Shown: in pieces, positions 56,760-64,000 of the stretch | Position numbering within the stretch: position 1 is the first letter of the stretch | How the letters are laid out: each line of letters starts with the position of its first letter | Source of the DNA: Eledone cirrhosa | Lineage: Eukaryota | Reading direction: 5' to 3' | Length of the DNA stretch: 64,000 nt | Assembly: GCA_964016885.1 (NCBI GenBank) | Contig: OZ024747.1 | Span: forward strand, 79,980,001-80,044,000 | The notes under the pieces: model-generated | Database searches by the model: none | What the model saw: the letters and a program-made list of their open reading frames with translations, nothing else | What the model was told of the DNA's origin: nothing | Position numbers and translations under genes: made by a program

Positions 56760-59700
56760 CGAAAAAGTGGAGGGAGTGCATGCTCAGGATGAAACTCCAA
56801 ATGAAAATAATGAGATCGTAAATGATAAGGAAATGAATGAGAATGAACTTGCCAACTTGAAGGATGAAATTATGATCGAATGGATGAAAATGAAAGAATC
56901 TGACATGGGGCAACGAGACACCCTCCCTAAGATCCAGAACTCCAAACAGAACCAAAAGATAATACACAAGACTAACATAATTCTCAAAAACATTATCATC
57001 ACAAACAAACTAAACATTACTGATTTAAATCATCTCTATTATGCATCGGCTAAAGTCACCACTCACTTATGTGGAGTGAAGATGAAAAAACAAAGGAATT
57101 CCCACAAGAAATCTACTTGGCAAGAGAACATCAATCGCCAAATAAACCTTCTCCGATCTGACATAGAAATTTTAACAAACTATAAAGTAGGTGAACATGT
57201 TAAACAAACTAAACTTAGAAAATTGAAAAAAAAGTACAGTATAAAATCAACATTTGACATAGACATGCTGATAGAAATAATCAAGCAAAAAGTGTCGGCC
57301 AAAGCTGCTCGTATAAGGCGCTTTGAAAAACGATCTAGATTCTATAAGGACAATAATATGTTCAAAAACAACCAAAGAAACTTCTACAGAAAAATTGGTA
57401 AGTCAACAATAACTGCTAAATCAATACCACCCAAGGAGGAAGTGCAAGAATTCTGGGAAAATATCTGGGCCGAAGAAAAAGTTCATAACATACATGCCCC
57501 ATGGATAGACAGACAAATGAAAGATACAGTTCACCTTGAGGAACAAACATGGGAAAATATAACAGTTGAACAGTTGCGCTTGGCTCTAAGAAAAACCAGC
57601 AAATGGAAATCCCCAGGAAAAGACAAAATACAAAACTTTTGGATAAATGCCTTCACAGAGTCTCATGAGCTGTTAGCCCAACTTTACAATGAAATAGTTA
57701 AGGAGCCAGAAAAGATACCTTCATGGCTAGTTAACGGCATTACATTCCTGCTTCCGAAGAATGATGAGACAAACAATCCCAAAAATTACAGACCGATAAC
57801 TTGCTTGACCACAATGTATAAAATTTTAACATCAGTCCTAACTGAATACACATATGACCACCTGATAACAAATGACCTATTTCCCATTGAGCAGAAAGGG
57901 TGTAAACGAGGCTCATATGGCTGTAAGGATCAGCTTCTGGTTAACAAAATGATACTGGAAGATTGTCATAATAGACACAAAAATCTATCGATTGCTTGGA
58001 TAGATTATAAAAAAGCATTTGATAGTTTGCCACACAGTTGGATTGAAAAATGTTTAGAGATTTTCAAAGTATCCCCCGTTGTCAGGAGGTTTTTGTCATT
58101 CAGTATGAAGACATGGAAAACGACACTCATTTTGAATAGTGAAACAAAATCACTGGAAGCTGGAGAAGTTAATATTAATTGTGGAATTTTTCATGGTGAC
58201 TCTTTATCACCGCTTTTATTCTGCATCGCACTTATACCATTAAGTAAAATGCTCAATGAAACAAAACATGGATATAAAGTCTATGACAAAACCATTAATC
58301 ACCTGTTCTACATGGATGACCTGAAACTATTTGCAAAAAATGATGAACAATTGGAAGGGCTATTATCCACTGTGAAGCAGTTCAGTGATGACATTAAAAT
58401 GGAGTTTGGACTAGATAAATGCGCCAAAGCAACGTTCACCAGAGGAAAGCTGCTGAAGAGTTCAGACATTAATCTTGATCGGGAGAACGTGATAAGAGAA
58501 CTTGATCAAGAAAAAACTTACAAATATCTAGGTGTTTGTGAAGGAGACGGAATCAAGCACTCGACAATGAGGGAAAGGATAAGGAAGGAATGTTACCGCA
58601 GAGTAAGAGCAATCTTAAGAACGGAATTGAATGCAAGGATCGATGCCATAAACACGCTTGCCATACCAGTAGTAACCTACAGTTACAATGTCATCAACTG
58701 GTCAAGCACAGAGATCCGTAGGCTCGATACAAAAATTCGAAAATTCTTAACCATGCACAGAATGCATCACCCTAAGGCAGATATAGATAGAATATATCTC
58801 CCTAGGAAAGAAGGAGGACGTGGGTTAATCCAGTTAGACATTGCGTTGAAAACTGCAACAATTGGATTATCTACATATCTAAGGAAATCACATGATTGGA
58901 TGATCAAACTCGTTTTGAAACACGAAAGCATCAAAAGATCATATTCCATTACAAAAGATGCACAAAGATACAGCAATGGACTACAAATTTCAGAAGTCCC
59001 ATTTACTGCTGAAATGGAAAACACAGAAAAAGCAAAGCAGGTAAAAGTAACTGCAAAGAAAGAACTGCTACAGAAACTGGCTAAGAAATGGCAAGAAAAG
59101 CCTCTGTATGGAAAATACCCAGAGCGAGCTAACAATCCTGATGTTGACAAAACTTTAACCCATCAGTGGTTGGCATCCTCTGGACTGAAATCGGAGACTG
59201 AAGGACTGATTATATCGGCACAAGATCAGTGTCTGCTAACAAAAAATTACCAAGCCAACATAATAAAAAATGGGTGCAGCCCATTATGCCGTGTATGCAA
59301 AAAACAACCAGAGACCATTGACCATATAATTTCAATGTGCAGTCCTATAGCTCCAACCGAATACCTAAACAGGCATGACAGAGCTGCACAATACATACAT
59401 TGGATAATGTGTAAGCATTTTGACCTGCCCCATCAAAAGAATTGGTGGGAGCATCAACCACCTCCCATACTTGAAAAAGATCACATCTCAATCTTGTGGA
59501 ACTTTAGCATCCAAACAGACCGAAAAATAGATGCAAACAGACCTGATATAATATTGAAAGACTTTCAAAAGAGGGTATGCCTGCTAATTGATATGTCTGT
59601 TCCAATAGACAAGAATGTATCTATAAAAACATTTGAAAAATTGAGCAAGTATAAGGACCTGGAGATAGAAATTGGAAAAATGTGGAAATTGAGAACTAAA

Positions 59701-59996
59701 ACAATACCAGTGGTTGTAGGCGCTCTGGGAATGATACCTAAGGGGTCTAATGATTACATATCGCAAATCCCAGGAAACCCGCGTATAGGAGAAATACAAA
59801 AGATAGTATTAATGGGAACTGCCCATATACTAAGGAAGATTCTGTCAATATAAGTACATCACAAGTCTAAACACTAAAGATGCATGTGTGAATATGTATG
59901 TTCTTTCTTGAACATGGCGGACCTTGTTGTCTCTTGAGGTCACTGGTTGTGACTTGGTGATAATTCGTATGAACATAAAGCAAGATAAATGCAACT

Positions 59997-59997
<1 letters not shown>
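56759..59997 (+). mobile_element. Dong (R4 clade) non-LTR retrotransposon, 5'-truncated, in (TAA)n
   Basis: (TAA)n on both sides; single RT-CCHC-RLE ORF. TAA targeting is established for Dong. Confidence 0.92.
56767..59853 (+). CDS. R4/Dong reverse transcriptase with CCHC knuckle and restriction-like endonuclease (1028 aa, uninterrupted)
   Basis: KSPGKD, YRPITCL, EQKGC, IDYKKAFDS, GIFHGDSLSP, HLFYMDDLK, YKYLG, CRVC...HIISMC, RHD, RPDII, ID...K..KY. Confidence 0.95.
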   Translation: MEGVHAQDETPNENNEIVNDKEMNENELANLKDEIMIEWMKMKESDMGQRDTLPKIQNSKQNQKIIHKTNIILKNIIITNKLNITDLNHLYYASAKVTTHLCGVKMKKQRNSHKKSTWQENINRQINLLRSDIEILTNYKVGEHVKQTKLRKLKKKYSIKSTFDIDMLIEIIKQKVSAKAARIRRFEKRSRFYKDNNMFKNNQRNFYRKIGKSTITAKSIPPKEEVQEFWENIWAEEKVHNIHAPWIDRQMKDTVHLEEQTWENITVEQLRLALRKTSKWKSPGKDKIQNFWINAFTESHELLAQLYNEIVKEPEKIPSWLVNGITFLLPKNDETNNPKNYRPITCLTTMYKILTSVLTEYTYDHLITNDLFPIEQKGCKRGSYGCKDQLLVNKMILEDCHNRHKNLSIAWIDYKKAFDSLPHSWIEKCLEIFKVSPVVRRFLSFSMKTWKTTLILNSETKSLEAGEVNINCGIFHGDSLSPLLFCIALIPLSKMLNETKHGYKVYDKTINHLFYMDDLKLFAKNDEQLEGLLSTVKQFSDDIKMEFGLDKCAKATFTRGKLLKSSDINLDRENVIRELDQEKTYKYLGVCEGDGIKHSTMRERIRKECYRRVRAILRTELNARIDAINTLAIPVVTYSYNVINWSSTEIRRLDTKIRKFLTMHRMHHPKADIDRIYLPRKEGGRGLIQLDIALKTATIGLSTYLRKSHDWMIKLVLKHESIKRSYSITKDAQRYSNGLQISEVPFTAEMENTEKAKQVKVTAKKELLQKLAKKWQEKPLYGKYPERANNPDVDKTLTHQWLASSGLKSETEGLIISAQDQCLLTKNYQANIIKNGCSPLCRVCKKQPETIDHIISMCSPIAPTEYLNRHDRAAQYIHWIMCKHFDLPHQKNWWEHQPPPILEKDHISILWNFSIQTDRKIDANRPDIILKDFQKRVCLLIDMSVPIDKNVSIKTFEKLSKYKDLEIEIGKMWKLRTKTIPVVVGALGMIPKGSNDYISQIPGNPRIGEIQKIVLMGTAHILRKILSI

Positions 59998-60037
<40 letters not shown>

Positions 60038-61695
60038 CCTGAATATCTGAGGCTGCAGGTAGTGGCTTGATATTCATTTCAACAAACTTTCCAGTTAACT
60101 AACATCAATGACTGAGACTCAAAGAATAATAATAATAATAATAATTTCGACACGAGAGTGCAAGAGAAGGAGAGGGAGAAAATTAACCGATACCAGGACT
60201 TAAAGTGGGAGGTAAAAAGGATTTGGAACTGCCATGAAGTCAAAGTGGTCCCGATTGTCATAGGCGCACTAGGTACTATCTCAAAAAGTTTCCAGGGATG
60301 GTTAAAGAAAATTGGCCCCTTCACGCTTTTTGGAACGCTTCAAAAGGCATGCTTGCTGGGAACAGCAAGAACCCTCCGATACGTCCTGAATATCTGAGGC
60401 TGCAGGTAGTGGCTTGATATTCATTTCAACAAACTTTCCAGTTAACTAACATCAATGACTGAGACTCAAAGAACAATAATAATAATAATAATACCTTAAA
60501 AAGGCTACAGAAGGAATGCTAATGGCTGCGCAAGAGCAGGCCCTCAAAATGAAGTGGCTGAAACACCATATTTACAAGGAGGAGGCCAGCCCACTGTGCA
60601 GGATCTGTAGAGAGAGGAGACTGTGGCTCACATTGTATCCGAGTGTAAACACCTAGCCCAGACTCACTATAAAGGCTGGAGACATGATGTGATGGGCAGG
60701 GTGATCCACTGGCACCTATGCAAAGTAAACAATTTACCACATTCTGAGAAGTGGTATGAGCATAAGCCAGAGTCGGTGATAGAAAACGATCAGGTGAAGG
60801 TGCTGTGGGATTTTAGGATACAGACGGACAAGAAACTGGAACACAATAGACCTGACCTGGTGGTTTTGGACAAGGAAAAAAATCGTGCCTGATTGTGGAT
60901 GTGGCCTGCCCATTCGACACGAGAGTGCAAGAGAAGAAGAGGGAGAAAATTAACCGATACCAGGACTTAAAGTGGGAGGTAAAAGGATTTGGAACTGCCA
61001 TGAAATCAAAGTGGTCCCGATTGTCATAGGCACTAGGTACTATCTCAAAAAGTTTCCAGGGATGGTTAAAGAAAATTGGCCCCTTCACGCTTTTTGGAAC
61101 GCTTCAAAAGGCATGCTTGCTGGGAACAGCAAGAACCCTCCGATACGTCCTGAATATCTGAGGCTGCAGGTAGTGGCTTGATATTCATTTCAACAAACTT
61201 TCCAGTTAACTAACATCAATGACTGAGACTCAAAGAACAATAATAATAATAATAATACCTTAAAAAGGCTACAGAAGGAATGCTAATGGCTGCGCAAGAG
61301 CAGGCCCTCAAAATGAAGTGGCTGAAACACCATATTTACAAGGAGGAGGCCAGCCCACTGTGCAGGATCTGTGGAGAGAGGAGACTGTGGCTCACATTGT
61401 ATCCGAGTGTAAACACCTAGCCCAGACTCACTATAAAGGCTGGAGACATGATGTGATGGGCAGGGTGATCCACTGGCACCTATGCAAAGTAAACAATTTA
61501 CCATATTCTGAGAAGTGGTATGAGCATAAGCCAGAGTCGGTGATAGAAAACGATCAGGTGAAGGTGCTGTGGGATTTTAGGATACAGACGGACAAGAAAC
61601 TGGAACACAATAGACCTGACCTGGTGGTTTTGGACAAGGAAAAAAATCGTGCCTGATTGTGGATGTGGCCTGCCCATTCCACACGAGAGTGCAAA
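60038..61695 (+). mobile_element. Four tandem 5'-truncated fragments of a second Dong-like family separated by (TAA)n
   Basis: Units 60038-60125, 60146-60472, 60494-61236 and 61258-61695; ETVAHIVSEC, RHD, RPDLVV, KINRYQDL. Confidence 0.85.
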
Positions 61696-61702
61696 GAACA
61701 AC

Positions 61703-61740
<38 letters not shown>

Positions 61741-61743
<3 letters not shown>

Positions 61744-64000
61744 TTTCTTTATTAACCACAAGGGTTTACATAAAGTAGACATTAAGGACAGTGCAGGACA
61801 ATGCAGGACGGTACAAATGGGCATTTCTGCGTGTAAAAAACAAAAACAGAGGATGTAACAAAAATAACAATGAAAAATTCCCCAATAGGGGGGAGACTTC
61901 GGAGGGACATTTGTGGAGAAAGCCCAGTAAAAAGCCACAATGACCCTGACCACCAAGGCAAGTGCCCTCTCCCAGTTTTCCACCTTTAGTTTACAGATAT
62001 ATACTCAGAGTCGGCCCATTCACTCGGGCCATTCTTGCTTCTCTCACCCATCTTTCAACAAAATGCTGGGAAGAGAGCACTTCCCTCTCTACTCTGATTT
62101 TCCTTTTCAAATGAAATTTGAAAAAGTCAATCAGAGCATCACCGAAGAGGTAAGTGCTCGTCTTCAGCCCTTTCAAACGTGTCCACCATACTATCTCTTT
62201 CGCCATGGCCACCAGACAGATAAAAACTGCCTGCCCTTCCCGGCTAAAGGAGGAGGGCGGGGCAATCCTCACGATGGACTCAGATGATAGATGGATCCGT
62301 CCTAAACGCGACAGCAGGTGTTCGACATAAACCCACAAGTCAGCAATTTTCGGACACTGGACGAGTGCGTGCAGGACGGTTTCGTCGCCCTGCGCGCATC
62401 TCGGACATGCCCGGCTGACGGCACCTCCATGCCTGTAGAGTTTATCCCGAACTGGCAAGGCTCCTCGGTAGCACTGCCAGGCCAGAGATTTCTGGAAGTT
62501 GTCCATAGGCCCCGGCCCGAAAGTTCTTCCGAAGAGATTGGCTAGTTGATTTTCGTCGACGCCTAGAGTTTCCCCAAGTACGTCGTCGCTCTTCCCCTCC
62601 ACTAATCCTCTATAGAACGCCGAGGTGGAGTTTCCACCGATCACATTGCCCGATTGGTCGAGGGCTGTGAGCGCCTGAAGACATTCCAGTCTCCAGGCGC
62701 TCCCTCTCGGTCTTCGCTTGACCCAGGACTGCAGCTCCGTCAAGGAAACGAGCTGGGGAAAAACGCGTCTAGCAAACGGCGACCACACCTGATCACCGTC
62801 GAGGAAGAGGTGGAGATGTCGTAGCCTGAGCGCGTGCCTGCGCATCATCAGCCACGGCATGCCCAGCCCTCCACGTAGCGGGTGTTGACAACAGATGGAC
62901 CGCCTGACCATCGGAGCACGTCCCTTCCACAAAAAGCGAAAGAGCAAACGCTCCAGCGCAGTCAGGCGAGGCTTAGGACAAGGTACGACGGTTAGGCGGT
63001 AGCAGATGACAGACGCGATGTACGCGTTAGCCACCTCCGCTCGACCTTTCAGGGATAGCTTCCTCTCCGCCCATTTCTGGGTGAGAGAAGCCACCCTGCT
63101 CGTCACCTCGTCCCAGTTTTTGTCCGTCTGGAGGTCCGGACCGAACCAGACCCCTAGCAATTTAACCGGTCCGTCCGTCCAGCGCCCGACGACGCTGTTG
63201 GACGGCATGGACCTGCCTCTCCAGGTGCCGAGCTGCAGGCCCACTGACTTTTCCTGGTTGATCATTGCTCCTGTCACCGCTTCGTATTCTCTTAGTGTAG
63301 TGCCGATCGCCTCGATGTGTTTGGCGTTCGACACCACTACGGTGACATCGTCCGCATATGCTGACACGGATCTTCCGCATCCTAGTTCGCGCGGGACTCC
63401 CCTCAACGTCTCCAGTTTGTGCAGTAATGGCTCGAGAGTCAATACGTACAAGAGGGACGAGAGGGGACATCCTTGGCGGACCGAGCGCATGATGTTGAAC
63501 GGTTCCGACAGGTGACCGTTCACTCTCACCACAGAGCAGATGTCGCTGTGCATGGCAGCGATCCAGCCTCTGAAGACGGGCCCAAAGCCAGCCGCCTTCA
63601 GGACGGCCGCTAGGTAACGATGGTCGACCCTATCGAAAGCTTTCGACTGATCTAAATTGATCAAGGACCCACCCGTGCCAGGTTCCCTAGCTACCCTCTC
63701 TATGATGTATCGCATGAGGTGGAGGTTGTCGTGGATGGATCTGTCGGGAATGGCGCATGTCTGCGCCTCTCCCACCAGACCACCAACGACAAGCGCCAAC
63801 CTCTTTGCTAGCACCTTGGCCAAAATCTTGAACTCTGTGTTTAGCAGAGTTATGGGCCGGAAATTGTCTATGTTATCCCCCTTGTTCGGATCCTTTCTCA
63901 GCAGTGCCACCGCTCCTCGGCTCACAGAACTGGGAATTCTCCCATTCTGTTGCCAGTTGCAGTAGACGTCCGCCAAGAGGCCTCCGAACAAGTCTGGCAT
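61741..64000 (-). mobile_element. Tx1/L1-clade LINE, 3' part (continues beyond window)
   Basis: ORF2 RT plus 3' UTR with AATAAA near the terminus, abutting the TAA array. Confidence 0.9.
61991..64000 (-). CDS. Tx1-like ORF2 reverse transcriptase with C-terminal zinc finger (5'-partial)
   Basis: FRPITLLN, DQSKAFDRV, VRQGCPLS, AYADD, LLGVWF, LSLKGR, GGLG, CPRC...ETVLHALVQC. Confidence 0.93.
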   Translation of the reverse strand: MPDLFGGLLADVYCNWQQNGRIPSSVSRGAVALLRKDPNKGDNIDNFRPITLLNTEFKILAKVLAKRLALVVGGLVGEAQTCAIPDRSIHDNLHLMRYIIERVAREPGTGGSLINLDQSKAFDRVDHRYLAAVLKAAGFGPVFRGWIAAMHSDICSVVRVNGHLSEPFNIMRSVRQGCPLSSLLYVLTLEPLLHKLETLRGVPRELGCGRSVSAYADDVTVVVSNAKHIEAIGTTLREYEAVTGAMINQEKSVGLQLGTWRGRSMPSNSVVGRWTDGPVKLLGVWFGPDLQTDKNWDEVTSRVASLTQKWAERKLSLKGRAEVANAYIASVICYRLTVVPCPKPRLTALERLLFRFLWKGRAPMVRRSICCQHPLRGGLGMPWLMMRRHALRLRHLHLFLDGDQVWSPFARRVFPQLVSLTELQSWVKRRPRGSAWRLECLQALTALDQSGNVIGGNSTSAFYRGLVEGKSDDVLGETLGVDENQLANLFGRTFGPGPMDNFQKSLAWQCYRGALPVRDKLYRHGGAVSRACPRCAQGDETVLHALVQCPKIADLWVYVEHLLSRLGRIHLSSESIVRIAPPSSFSREGQAVFICLVAMAKEIVWWTRLKGLKTSTYLFGDALIDFFKFHLKRKIRVEREVLSSQHFVERWVREARMARVNGPTLSIYL

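Noticed and set aside
63006-63965. Plus-strand ORFs of 102-169 aa
   Set aside because: Antisense shadows of the GC-rich Tx1 ORF2

Overview
AT-rich, microsatellite-saturated eukaryotic (metazoan) intergenic/intronic DNA. The repeat landscape looks cephalopod/Octopus-like, which is an inference. No host protein-coding gene is supported; nearly all ORF-track hits are microsatellite artefacts. Recognisable coding sequence is all retroelement: a Penelope-like (PLE) GIY-YIG 3' end (1-458), a nearly intact PLE RT+GIY-YIG with an inverted 3' duplication (43.9-47.9 kb), R4/Dong-type RT+RLE LINEs in (TAA)n and (TATG)n arrays, RTE-like C2H2 3' ends, and a Tx1-like LINE. Also present are tRNA-type SINEs, a tiny mariner-type MITE, a 34-bp minisatellite and a 6.2-kb modular CA/TG-rich satellite. 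The main hidden signal, found by folding the sequence by eye, is about 15 type-I hammerhead ribozyme motifs from at least 7 unrelated PLE pseudo-LTR families. Several have non-canonical cores (U3-A8 covariation, an extra nucleotide, U4C). Most sit in small non-coding inverted-repeat units inserted into (TA)n with a reproducible short-arm/tailed-arm architecture. Each microsatellite class (TA, TAA, TATG) hosts its own retroelement guild.
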